Below are positions 29,782 through 38,703 of a DNA stretch of 64,000 nt, in pieces. The stretch is from an uncultured Gemmatimonadales bacterium. GTDB lineage: Bacteria > Gemmatimonadota > Gemmatimonadetes > Gemmatimonadales > Gemmatimonadaceae. The stretch spans positions 1 to 64,000 of the forward strand of contig CAWBZV010000010.1 in assembly GCA_963793305.1 (NCBI GenBank), read 5' to 3'. Below the pieces are notes generated by a model. It had not been told where the DNA came from, did no database searches, and worked only from the letters and a program-made list of their open reading frames with translations. The first letter of the stretch is position 1, and every line of letters begins with the position of its first letter. The position numbers were made by a program, and so were the translations under genes.

Positions 29782-30078
29782 GTGCCACCCAAGAAAAAGC
29801 CTCGCGTCATTGACTTGAGGGAAGTCGAGAAGAAGATCGCCGAGTATAAGGAGCACGTTGAGCACGACCGACGCTACAAGACCGTGGTCAAGGAGCTCGA
29901 TCAGGCTCGGCTCGCCATACGGAAGGGATTTGACCGCCTGCTGGAAGCCGTGACCAAACACGGCCGACCGAAGAAGCCGTCGACGGCCAAACGCACTAAG
30001 AAGCGCGTCGCGAAGAAAGTGATCGGGCGCAAGGGCGCTCGGAAGAAACTCGGCCGGCCGCGCCGCGTACGGAAATGA
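29782..30078 (+). CDS. small Lys/Arg-rich, histone-like protein
   Basis: AGGAGGAG ribosome-binding site; helical N-terminal half; basic tail with two GRP motifs. Confidence 0.7.
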   Translation: MPPKKKPRVIDLREVEKKIAEYKEHVEHDRRYKTVVKELDQARLAIRKGFDRLLEAVTKHGRPKKPSTAKRTKKRVAKKVIGRKGARKKLGRPRRVRK

Positions 30079-30080
30079 GT

Positions 30081-30095
30081 CGGCACGCGACGTGC
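30081..30095 (+). promoter_or_regulatory. candidate sigma54 -24/-12 promoter
   Basis: CGGCACGCGACGTGC; the predicted +1 falls at about the ATG (30108). Confidence 0.55.
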
Positions 30096-30107
30096 CCTTA
30101 GGTAAGC

Positions 30108-31262
30108 ATGAGCTTATCGCCGCGAGCGCCCGACGTTCGCGAGACGCTGGAGGCTGCCGAAGCCCCCCTGACACGATCGGTCGCGCTGATCGTCATCGCG
30201 ACCATACTGGTCTTCGGTGCGCTCCACGTGGCGCGTGCGCTCTTCATTCCGCTCACCTGCGCGATTCTGCTCAGTTTGGCCCTGAGCCCTCCAATTCGAT
30301 TCCTGGCGCGATGGCACGTCCCGCCGCCGGCCGGGGCATTCCTGATCCTTGGCGTCTCGGCCGGGTGTTTGGCGTTCGCGCTCTACCGTGTGGCCCCGGC
30401 CGCCCAGGTCTGGCTCTCACAGGCACCCGCGCGAGCGCAGGTGGCGGCGCGCCGACTGCAAGCGATCACGAAGCCGGTCGATCAAGTCACGCGCGTCGTC
30501 GATCAAATCACGAGCGAGCGGAATGCGCCGACGCGGAGCGCGGTGGTGGTACAACCATCGCGGGCGTCCACCGCTCTCTACGGAACGACCGGTGCGATCG
30601 CCGTGGGTCTTGGTGAAACGCTGATCTTGCTCTACGCGCTGCTTGCCGTTGGTGACCTCTTTCTGCAGAAGATCATCGAGGTCATCCCACGATTTGCGGA
30701 TCGCGAGAAGGCGATTACGATCTCGCGCGAGATGGAATCATCCATCTCCGGCTACCTGTTCGTGCTGACGGCGATCAATGTGACCGAGGGCGCGGCCGTT
30801 GCCGCGGGGCTCGCGTTAGTCGGCATGTCGAACCCCGTGTTGTGGGGGGTGTTGGTCGTGCTCGCCGAGTTCGTGCCGTATATCGGGATGTTGAGTATAC
30901 TGGCGCTTCTGACCGTCGCAGGCTTATCGACGTTCGATAGTACGACGCAGGCGCTGCTCGTGCCGGGTGTGTACGTCGTTATCAACGTGATCCAAGCCAA
31001 TGTGGCCACGCCGCTCCTCATGAGCCGCCGGCTCACGCTCAATCCCGTCGTGATCTTCGTCTCATTGGCATTGTGGGGGTTCATCTGGGGCGTGCCGGGC
31101 GTGCTCCTGGCCGTGCCGATCCTCGCGACGTTTCGCATCTTGTGCGATCACGTCGACTCGCTCGCCGGCATCGGCGCGTTTCTCGGCGAGCGAGCGGAAA
31201 GAGAGCGGCGCAAGGTTCTGCGGTTCAACGCCGCGACAAATGTCGAAGGTGCCCCGAGATAA
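30108..31262 (+). CDS. AI-2E family transporter
   Basis: Multiple TM helices; EFVPYIG and LNPVVIFVSLALWGFIWGVPGVLLAVP. Confidence 0.92.
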   Translation: MSLSPRAPDVRETLEAAEAPLTRSVALIVIATILVFGALHVARALFIPLTCAILLSLALSPPIRFLARWHVPPPAGAFLILGVSAGCLAFALYRVAPAAQVWLSQAPARAQVAARRLQAITKPVDQVTRVVDQITSERNAPTRSAVVVQPSRASTALYGTTGAIAVGLGETLILLYALLAVGDLFLQKIIEVIPRFADREKAITISREMESSISGYLFVLTAINVTEGAAVAAGLALVGMSNPVLWGVLVVLAEFVPYIGMLSILALLTVAGLSTFDSTTQALLVPGVYVVINVIQANVATPLLMSRRLTLNPVVIFVSLALWGFIWGVPGVLLAVPILATFRILCDHVDSLAGIGAFLGERAERERRKVLRFNAATNVEGAPR

Positions 31263-31471
31263 GCCGGCAGCTACGAGCACACTCGCGCCACGGTCATTCC
31301 GTCCGCCTCACACATGTTTTTCGATCGTTGACTGCTGTGTCGCGCAGTCGACCCCGGACCGCGGCGATCGTGATGCGCATCACCAATGAACCCACGTCGG
31401 CGAGGGAGAATTACATACGCCCGCTGAGATCAGCAGGGGCACGAATACGACCATCGTTTTCGAGGGGTCCC

Positions 31472-32035
31472 ATGGATCGCACGTCGTTCCGTCTCGTCGT
31501 GTGCGTACTCGCTCTCGGCGTTCTCTCGTGTACGAGCGCAACGGTCTCGCCTGACCCCGTGGTGTCGACCGATGCGAGCGATTACCAGCAGTTCAGCACG
31601 ACGACCGGCGCTCCGACATCTGGCCCCGACACGCTGCCACTCATTACGTGCCCCAAGAATTCTTCTGGCGATTCCGCGGCCGCCTCGATTGACGCCGCCG
31701 GTGGAGTACTGCGGTTCGGACCGCACCAGCTCATCATCCCAGCGGGCGCACTCACGACGATGACCCGCATATCAGCGCGCGCGTACCGGGACACGCTGGC
31801 CGTGGATCTGGAGCCGCACGGACTGCAGTTCAACGTGCCGGCGTCGTTGGTGCTCAGCTATAAGGGCTGCAATGTCTCGGACCAATACGCGGCCGGCATC
31901 CTGTACACGGATACCTCGTTCACACACGTCTTGAGCATCGTACCGTCTCAAGACCACTACAAGAAGTGGATGGTCGTCGGCACCATTCAGCACTTCTCGG
32001 TCTACGCCTCGGCGGAGACGCGCAAACCGCGTTAG
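31472..32035 (+). CDS. lipoprotein with ZU5-like domain
   Basis: Lipobox VLSC; IDAAGG.L....LIIPAGAL, LEPHGLQF and HFSVY. Confidence 0.65.
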   Translation: MDRTSFRLVVCVLALGVLSCTSATVSPDPVVSTDASDYQQFSTTTGAPTSGPDTLPLITCPKNSSGDSAAASIDAAGGVLRFGPHQLIIPAGALTTMTRISARAYRDTLAVDLEPHGLQFNVPASLVLSYKGCNVSDQYAAGILYTDTSFTHVLSIVPSQDHYKKWMVVGTIQHFSVYASAETRKPR

Positions 32036-32048
32036 GGAATCGATGAGG

Positions 32049-32207
32049 CTACAGCCGCGTACGGCCTCTGCCGAACAGCAGGTAGAGGATCAGTATTAGC
32101 AGAATCAGATCGATGGCGCCGCCACCGTAGTAGCCGACGCCGGGGCCCATGTAGTAGCCCCCGCCCCCAGCGAGCAACAAGAGAAGGATCAAGATGATGA
32201 TCAGCAT
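32049..32207 (-). CDS. DUF3309-like small membrane protein
   Basis: MLIIILILLLLLAGGGGYY..GYYGGG..LILLILILYLL; TACACT-N6-ATG. Confidence 0.75.
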   Translation of the reverse strand: MLIIILILLLLLAGGGGYYMGPGVGYYGGGAIDLILLILILYLLFGRGRTRL

Positions 32208-32245
32208 GCCCGCAGTGTAGAGGCAAAGCTCGCGCCATCTCTGCT

Positions 32246-32260
32246 CGGCACGGTTGCTGC
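32246..32260 (+). promoter_or_regulatory. candidate sigma54 -24/-12 promoter
   Basis: CGGCACGGTTGCTGC. Confidence 0.5.
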
Positions 32261-32306
32261 CAATGATACGGAGAGAGGCACGTATCACCCGCAGCTGGAG
32301 GGATGT

Positions 32307-32495
32307 ATGGCGGATCCAAAGAGCACCTCAGGCAATCAAGGCGACAAAGGCGGTATGGGTGGTCAAAGCGGCAAGCTTGGCCAGAGCGGTGAGAAGGACA
32401 CGTTGAGCGAAGAGGACGAGATGGAGCAAGGTGGTAAGGGTCGCCAGCAAGGAAAGACCGGTGAGAACAAGTCCGACCCCGGCGGAAAACACTAG
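32307..32495 (+). CDS. small hydrophilic Gly/Lys/Gln-rich (hydrophilin-like) protein
   Basis: GGAGGG ribosome-binding site; low-complexity sequence with KGG motifs. Confidence 0.65.
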   Translation: MADPKSTSGNQGDKGGMGGQSGKLGQSGEKDTLSEEDEMEQGGKGRQQGKTGENKSDPGGKH

Positions 32496-32511
32496 AGGAG
32501 CGGCGATGTGG

Positions 32512-32536
32512 ACGGGCCCGGCGAAAGGGCCCGTTT
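32512..32536. terminator. hairpin terminator between convergent genes
   Basis: ACGGGCCC-GGCGAAA-GGGCCCGT-TT. Confidence 0.6.
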
Positions 32537-32567
32537 GCATGTTGGTGCTGACGCACGTTCGAGCAGA

Positions 32568-33200
32568 TCAGCCGCGGCTGATCGACTCCGCAGCAGCGAT
32601 TGCCCACGCTGGATGCTGCCCATCCTCGATCGACCAGATCGCCGCCAGCACCGCTTGCGCAAAGGCCCAGCCCATGATCCGTTCGCGATCGAGGCCAAGG
32701 CGTTCCGCGATCACGCGGCTCCAGCGATCCACCACCGGCGTGCCGCTCACGTTCCGGAGTGCCGCGCCGAACTCGTACGGCAGCTCGCCGATGACGCCTT
32801 TTGGGTCGATCGCGAGCCAGCCTCGCGTCTCGTCGAACAGCACGTTTTGGGGATGCAGGTCGCCGTGCAATAGCGCGCGCGCGCCTTGGGATGCGGCAAG
32901 ATCACGGTAGAGCCTTTCGGCCCGGTCGACGAGCGCGGCGCCGATCGCGGCGTCTCCCGATGCGCGATACTGACCAAAGGACGCACCCCATGATTCGACC
33001 GTTGGCCACTCGCCGCTCGGGAGGCCACACGAATGCAACGCCGCGGCGACCTCGCCGAGCCGGATCGCCGCGTCGTCGGTGCGATCATCGAGCGGCGTTC
33101 CGGGCTGGACGCGCTGGAGGAATTGAACGCCATCGCGTTCGTCGAGCAGCCGGACGCAGCTCCGCCCATCAAAATGTCGAAGCGCGTCCGAGGAACGGTC
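32568..33200 (-). pseudogene. N-terminally truncated APH(6)/hydroxyurea-kinase family phosphotransferase
   Basis: ALRHFDG..CVRLL, LHGDLHPQNVL and WLAIDPKG. No start codon or N-lobe between it and the upstream stop at 33205. Confidence 0.7.
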
Positions 33201-33204
33201 GTCT

Positions 33205-33703
33205 TTACTTCGCCGCCGCTGCCAGACCATTCTGGAGGATGTTCCAACACTTTCTTGTATTCGTCGGCTGCTCCGCTTTGCACCGCGCCGACCATGCTCG
33301 ACGACGCGGAGTGTACTCCTCCGCCGGTGACCTGGAGCTGCTGCCACCCACCGGTGAGCATGACCCTGACCCGGGTTGAGCTCGGCCCGACGGACGTGAA
33401 CAGCGCCGTGCCTTCCTGCGTAATGTTGGAGTTGTTCTGCGTGGTGTCCGTCCACTGCTGGTAGAACACGATCAACCCTAGTTTCGCGTCGGCCGAGCGG
33501 ACAACGTAATCATTGTCCATCAGGACATTGATGACTTTGGGGAATACGGACTCGATCGGCGTCGCGATCACTCGGGTTTGTATGGCGCGAACCTGCGCCA
33601 CCTGCTCAGGCGTCGGGGTTGGTTCCGACCGTACGACGACTGGCCGCACGGTGCCACAGCCCGTCAGCATGCCTATCACGATCACCCACAGCGCGCCTTT
33701 CAT
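33205..33703 (-). CDS. hypothetical lipoprotein (+1 frameshift at ~33243)
   Basis: Lipobox LTGC; removing one base gives ...VLDILQNGLAAAAK* ending at 33205. Confidence 0.65.
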
Positions 33704-33760
33704 AGCTTGCTCGGTTGCGTTCGTTCATGTGACGCTCGCCAACCGGCGACGTTAAGCTAC

Positions 33761-34561
33761 TCAGCCACGATGGCTGTGTGCTTCGTCGGGGAACGCCGAG
33801 GTGCGGACCTCGTCGGCGAACGTCGCGACCGCGTTCCGAACGGACGCCCCGAGCTCCGCGTAGCGCTTGACGAACTTGGCCTGGAACCGCTCGTTGAGTC
33901 CCAGCATGTCGTGGAGCACGAGCACCTGTCCATCGCAGCTCGGACCGGAGCCGATGCCGATCGTCGGAATTGTGACGCTGTCCGTCACGCGCTGCGCGGC
34001 GCTGATGGTCACGAATTCGAGCACGAGGGCGAACGCGCCGGCCTCTTCGAGCGCGCGCGCATCGTCGACGAGTCGCTCGATCGCATCGTCGCCCTTGCCC
34101 TGTAAATGGATGCCCTGCACGTTGAGCGACTGCGGCGTGAGCCCAATGTGGCCCATCACCGGCACGCCCGCGGTGACGAGCGCCTGCACCGCTGGCGCAA
34201 ACGCGCGTCCGCCTTCGAGCTTGACGGCGCCGGCCCCGGTGCGCTTGATGACGCGTCCGCCTTGCCGGGTCGCCTGGCGTGGCGACACGTGATAGCTCAT
34301 GAATGGGAGATCGACGACGACGAGCGCGTGCGCCGTGCCGCGTTGGACGCTCCGTCCGTGATAGATCATCTGGTTCACGGTGACCGGCACCGTCGACGGC
34401 TCCCCGGCCAGGACCGGGCCCACGGAGTCACCCACGAGGATCACGTCGACGCCCGCCTGGTCCACGAGTGATGCGAACAACGCGTCGTACGCAGTGATCA
34501 TGACGATCTTCTTCCCTTCTCGCTTCATTCCCGCGAGATCGGCCGCCGCCACGCGAGCCAT
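33761..34561 (-). CDS. panB: 3-methyl-2-oxobutanoate (ketopantoate) hydroxymethyltransferase
   Basis: TAYD, LVGDS, VKLEGG, MGHIGLTPQS, LVLE, IGIGSG and DGQVLV. Confidence 0.95.
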   Translation of the reverse strand: MARVAAADLAGMKREGKKIVMITAYDALFASLVDQAGVDVILVGDSVGPVLAGEPSTVPVTVNQMIYHGRSVQRGTAHALVVVDLPFMSYHVSPRQATRQGGRVIKRTGAGAVKLEGGRAFAPAVQALVTAGVPVMGHIGLTPQSLNVQGIHLQGKGDDAIERLVDDARALEEAGAFALVLEFVTISAAQRVTDSVTIPTIGIGSGPSCDGQVLVLHDMLGLNERFQAKFVKRYAELGASVRNAVATFADEVRTSAFPDEAHSHRG

Positions 34562-34764
34562 CAGCCCTCCGTCACGGTGATGCGGATGGCGCCCACCGGA
34601 CAGCGCTCGGCCGCCCGGCGGATGACGGCCTCGCTGGCGCCCGCGGGATCGATCACCTCCGACTGGCGATCGGCGTTATGCGCAAAGACCAATGGCGCGA
34701 CGATGAGACACGTCCCGTTGCCGACGCAGAGGTCATGGTCTACGAAGACGCGAAACGCTGGCAT
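34561..34764 (-). CDS. 3Fe-4S ferredoxin (P450 partner type)
   Basis: CVGNGTC...CPVGAI; its stop overlaps the panB start. Confidence 0.9.
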   Translation of the reverse strand: MPAFRVFVDHDLCVGNGTCLIVAPLVFAHNADRQSEVIDPAGASEAVIRRAAERCPVGAIRITVTEG

Positions 34765-34767
34765 CGC

Positions 34768-35979
34768 TTATCTCCATCGCACAGGCAGCGACCGCAGAGA
34801 TCGGAACTGAATGCTCGGTTCGTACTCGAGGCTCTGGGTGTCGAGCCGCATCCCGGGCAGGCGCTCGGCGAGGACTTGGAAGACCTCCTGGCCTTCGATG
34901 CGCGCCAGGGATGCGCCCAGGCAATAATGTATACCGGCGCCGAATGCGACATGCGGATTCGGCTGGCGGCTGATGTCGAAGGCGTCCGCGTTCGTGAATG
35001 CGGCCGGATCACGATTCGCCGACGCGATCATCCAGCGGATCCGGTCACCGCGGCGGATGTGCCGGCCACCCAATTCGACGTCGTCCGCGGCAATCCGCTG
35101 GGTGGACTTGACCGGCGGATCATAGCGCAGGCACTCCTCGGTCGCGAGGCGGGCATGCCGCGCTGGATCGCTCACCAGCCGCGCCCATTGATCCGGGTGT
35201 CGGAGAAAGGCGAGGACGCCATTGCAGATGAGATTCATGGTCGTCTCATGCCCCGCGAACAAGAGCAGCGCGGCGTTGACCAGCACCTGATGACGAGTGA
35301 ACACGCCGGCCTGCTCGCCGCCCGCGAGCACCGAAAGGAAATCCGTGGTCGGTTCGGTCATCCGCTGGTCGACCAATGGCGACACGTAGTCGATCATGCC
35401 GCGAATGCCTTCCGTGAGCGGTCGCAACCGATACGGCTCGCCCCGATTGATGTAGAGGAGCTTGTCCGCCAACGCGCGCAGATGGTCGCGATCGTGCTCC
35501 GGAACGCCCATCATCTGGGCGATCACTCGCACCGGGAGCGGCGCCGCGAGATCCCGGTGGACGTCCATCCGCCCCTCGGCGTCAACGGCATCGAGCAGCT
35601 CCGTGACCGCGGCGCGTACGAATGGCCGCCACGACTCCATCGCCCCTGGGGTGAAGTACTCGTGCACCACCTGCCGCATGGCGGCGTGCATGGGACGATC
35701 TTGCTCGACCAACTGATCGCCGCGGAACGACTGGACGCCGGAGAGCAACGGCAGGTCAGCCGCGTCGACGGGTGGATACGGCTGACGAGTGTCGGTCCGG
35801 ATGACGGCGGAGGAGAATCGTTCGTGGTTGCGCACCATCCACACGACGTTGTCGTACCGCGTGACGACCCAGAGCTGGAACGGCGCGTTCCAGTGCACCG
35901 GATCCTCGTCTCGCAGGCGGGCGAACAACGGATAGGGGTCGGCGATCACGGCCGGATCGAACAGCGCGTCGAGGTCCAT
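34768..35979 (-). CDS. cytochrome P450
   Basis: AGHETT, EECLR and FGAGIHYCLG. Confidence 0.96.
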   Translation of the reverse strand: MDLDALFDPAVIADPYPLFARLRDEDPVHWNAPFQLWVVTRYDNVVWMVRNHERFSSAVIRTDTRQPYPPVDAADLPLLSGVQSFRGDQLVEQDRPMHAAMRQVVHEYFTPGAMESWRPFVRAAVTELLDAVDAEGRMDVHRDLAAPLPVRVIAQMMGVPEHDRDHLRALADKLLYINRGEPYRLRPLTEGIRGMIDYVSPLVDQRMTEPTTDFLSVLAGGEQAGVFTRHQVLVNAALLLFAGHETTMNLICNGVLAFLRHPDQWARLVSDPARHARLATEECLRYDPPVKSTQRIAADDVELGGRHIRRGDRIRWMIASANRDPAAFTNADAFDISRQPNPHVAFGAGIHYCLGASLARIEGQEVFQVLAERLPGMRLDTQSLEYEPSIQFRSLRSLPVRWR

Positions 35980-36057
35980 CGACTTCTAGAATGGGTGCGG
36001 AACCGCCTATTCGCCAATATTATTGCATGCCGACTACCGATACGCATGACATTCTGG

Positions 36058-36951
36058 ATGCACATTACCCTCCGTCACCTGCGCTATTTCGTGGCGGTGG
36101 CGGAGGAGCTCCACTTCAGCCGGGCCGCGCGCCGGCTGAACGTCTCGCAACCGCCCCTGAGCCAGCAGATCCGGCAACTCGAGGACATCGTCGGCTCCGC
36201 GCTCTTCGTCCGCACGAGCCGGCGCGTGCAGCTCACGTCAGCCGGGCTGGCATTCCTGGACGGCACCCGGCGGTCGCTGGCCGAGGTCGCGCGCACGTTG
36301 GCCGCGGCGCAACACGCGGCGCATGGGGAGCGGGACATGCTGCGCGTTGGCTTCACCGACTCGGCGGCCCTGGGCGGACTTGTCGAGATCCTGCGCACCT
36401 ATCGCGTGGCGTATCCGGACGTGCACCTCGATCTCATCGAGGGCACGAGTCAGGCCCAGCTCGATGCGCTGGAGCGGGATACCGTCGATGTGGCGCTCGT
36501 GCGTGGCCCGGTCGCGTCGGTCACCGCGCGAACGGTGATTGTGCGGCGGGAGCCGTTCGAGGCGGCCGTCCCCGCCGATCATCCGTTGGCGAAGCGCCGC
36601 GTCGTCCCGCTGGCCGCTCTGCGCGGGCAGCCGTTCGTGCTCTTTCCTCGCCACCTCGCGCCGGCGTTCCACGACATCGTCACCGCGATGTGCCGGCGCG
36701 CCGGCTTCTCGCCCGAGGTTCGCCACGAGAGCGCGGACTACCAGACGATGTTGAGTCTCGTCGCGGCCGGTCTCGGCGTCACGATCGTGCCGGCCTCCGT
36801 GAGGAACTTGGGACGCATCGGCGTCGAGTTCCGGCCCCTCGCCGGGCCGAAGGTGATGGCGGAGCTCGCCCTCATGTACCGCCCGGCCCGCCTGTCGCGC
36901 GCACTGGAGGCGTTCATCGCGATCGCGAGCATGACGCCTGGCAGGAAATGA
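36058..36951 (+). CDS. LysR family transcriptional regulator
   Basis: LRHLRYFVAVAEELHFSRAARRLNVSQPPLSQQIRQLE; divergent from the P450 gene. Confidence 0.95.
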   Translation: MHITLRHLRYFVAVAEELHFSRAARRLNVSQPPLSQQIRQLEDIVGSALFVRTSRRVQLTSAGLAFLDGTRRSLAEVARTLAAAQHAAHGERDMLRVGFTDSAALGGLVEILRTYRVAYPDVHLDLIEGTSQAQLDALERDTVDVALVRGPVASVTARTVIVRREPFEAAVPADHPLAKRRVVPLAALRGQPFVLFPRHLAPAFHDIVTAMCRRAGFSPEVRHESADYQTMLSLVAAGLGVTIVPASVRNLGRIGVEFRPLAGPKVMAELALMYRPARLSRALEAFIAIASMTPGRK

Positions 36952-37022
36952 TATGAAAATCGTCTGGCCCACTGCGTGACATGGTATTGGACATCTGGAC
37001 GCTCGAGGGACATCGTCTGCGC

Positions 37023-38141
37023 ATGTCTCGCACTGCGCTTCTCGTCTTGGTTCTCGCCCAGGCGCCCCGCGCCCTCCCGGCGCAGCTCTCGGCGCGACAA
37101 GCGCGCGTGGAAATCGTCGCGCCAGCGGCGCCACGGCCAGTCGTCGCCGCCGGCAAGCGCGTTCTCGTCTATGAACTGCACGTCACGAACCAGGGCCGCG
37201 GTCCGCTGGCGTTTCGGGAGATCGACGTTTGGGATGGCGGTGGCAAGGCCACGTCTCTCGCGACCTACCGCGATACCGCGCTGGCGCACGCGCTCGAACC
37301 CGATACCGCGACGCGGCTCAATCCTGGATACCGAACGATCGTATTTTTGCGGGTCGAGTTGCGGCTCGATGATCCGGTCCCGACGCGGCTCCGGCATCGG
37401 TTGCTGTTCGATGTGCTCGATACGGCCGATGTCCGGCGCGACGCGGGGACGCAGCAGGCGATCGATAGCGTGCTCGTACCCGTCTCGAACGAGCCGCCGC
37501 CCGTCCTGCGCGCTCCGCTCGGGCCGGGCGAATGGCTGGCCGGAAGCTCTCCATCCAACACGTCGGATCATCGTCGTTCGCTGACGGCCATCGATGGGCA
37601 CGCGTACATCGCGCAACGCTTCGCCATCGATTGGCAATTGATCGGCAAGAACGGGAACGTGTATCACGACGATGATCACCGGAACGAGAACTTCTGGAGC
37701 TTCGGCCAACCGGTGCACTCGGTCGCACCGGGCGAAGTGGTCGCGATCCTCGACAGCATTCCGGACAACACACCGCATTCGCCGCTTCCACGGTTCACAC
37801 CGCGGACGATCGCGGGCAATTACGTCATGATCCGGATCGGGCCCCGTCAGTATGCGACATACGCACACTTACAACGCGGGAGCGTGCGCGTGCGCGTACA
37901 TCAACACGTGACGGCCGGCGAGGTGATCGCCTTGCTCGGCAATTCCGGGCAGGCCACCGGCCCGCACTTGCATTTTCAGCTCACCGATGGCCCGTCGGTC
38001 TTGGGCTCCGAGGGCATCCCGTACGTACTCGAGTCGTTCAACTTCCTCGGCTCGGCGAACGACTTCGAGGAGGACAAGCATCCCACGGTCCCCCGCTCTC
38101 ACGAGATGCCATCGCAGGAGGCAGTGGTCGGTCTGCCTTGA
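37023..38141 (+). CDS. secreted M23 family metallopeptidase
   Basis: Signal peptide; QRFAID, GNYV, YAHL and TGPHLHF. Confidence 0.88.
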   Translation: MSRTALLVLVLAQAPRALPAQLSARQARVEIVAPAAPRPVVAAGKRVLVYELHVTNQGRGPLAFREIDVWDGGGKATSLATYRDTALAHALEPDTATRLNPGYRTIVFLRVELRLDDPVPTRLRHRLLFDVLDTADVRRDAGTQQAIDSVLVPVSNEPPPVLRAPLGPGEWLAGSSPSNTSDHRRSLTAIDGHAYIAQRFAIDWQLIGKNGNVYHDDDHRNENFWSFGQPVHSVAPGEVVAILDSIPDNTPHSPLPRFTPRTIAGNYVMIRIGPRQYATYAHLQRGSVRVRVHQHVTAGEVIALLGNSGQATGPHLHFQLTDGPSVLGSEGIPYVLESFNFLGSANDFEEDKHPTVPRSHEMPSQEAVVGLP

Positions 38142-38288
38142 CGGGGGGCGCTCGACGCGAGGGCTCAAACGACGAGAGACCGCCTTGTGAGCAGCCTCCC
38201 ACGGGCCATGGTCTGGCACCGTTAACATCAATGTCGAGGACCCCGATCTCGTTGTGCGTTCGATCGAGCGGTTGGTTGGGGGATCGGA

Positions 38289-38591
38289 CTAGGGCACGAG
38301 CCAGACATCGATGCCGCCGTGCTTCGTGCACGCCAGGTGGCGATCCGAGGTCCTTGTGAAGAACCCGTCATGGCAATGCGCGGTAGCGCCTGGATGGTCG
38401 TGACGGTAGCGCGCGGACATGTCGTCGCCGTGGTTGTCCGGATGGTCATCATGCCGCGCCGCTGCCTGGTCGTCGTGGTGGGCCTGATCCGGATGATCGG
38501 GCTTGGGGTGGTCGTCCTGTGCGTACAGGGACCGCGGCGCGACGATCGCGATCGCCATGACGGCCGCGGCTATTAAGAGATGTTTGCCCAT
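38289..38591 (-). CDS. His/Asp-rich secreted protein with DUF3761-like domain
   Basis: Signal peptide; GATAHCHDG...ACTKHGGI..W. Confidence 0.75.
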   Translation of the reverse strand: MGKHLLIAAAVMAIAIVAPRSLYAQDDHPKPDHPDQAHHDDQAAARHDDHPDNHGDDMSARYRHDHPGATAHCHDGFFTRTSDRHLACTKHGGIDVWLVP

Positions 38592-38663
38592 GTGTTGTCA
38601 CTCCCCTTGAGGTGCGAGATGCCCTTCTTGCCCCAAAGGCGACCAGTGCAAGAAACGAACAAC

Positions 38664-38694
38664 TAGCAGGGGCCGGACTCGAACCCGCGACCCC
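38664..38694 (-). repeat. isolated tRNA 3'-end fragment (Met/fMet-like), possible att remnant
   Basis: GGGGTCGCGGGTTCGAGTCCGGCCCCTGCTA gives a T-arm plus the 3' acceptor strand, with no 5' half. Confidence 0.65.
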
Positions 38695-38703
38695 AAGTCG
38701 CGT

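Noticed and set aside
32568..33455. Functional aminoglycoside resistance gene
   Set aside because: The first part of this ORF overlaps the lipoprotein gene out of frame. The kinase-like part lacks its N-terminus and start codon.
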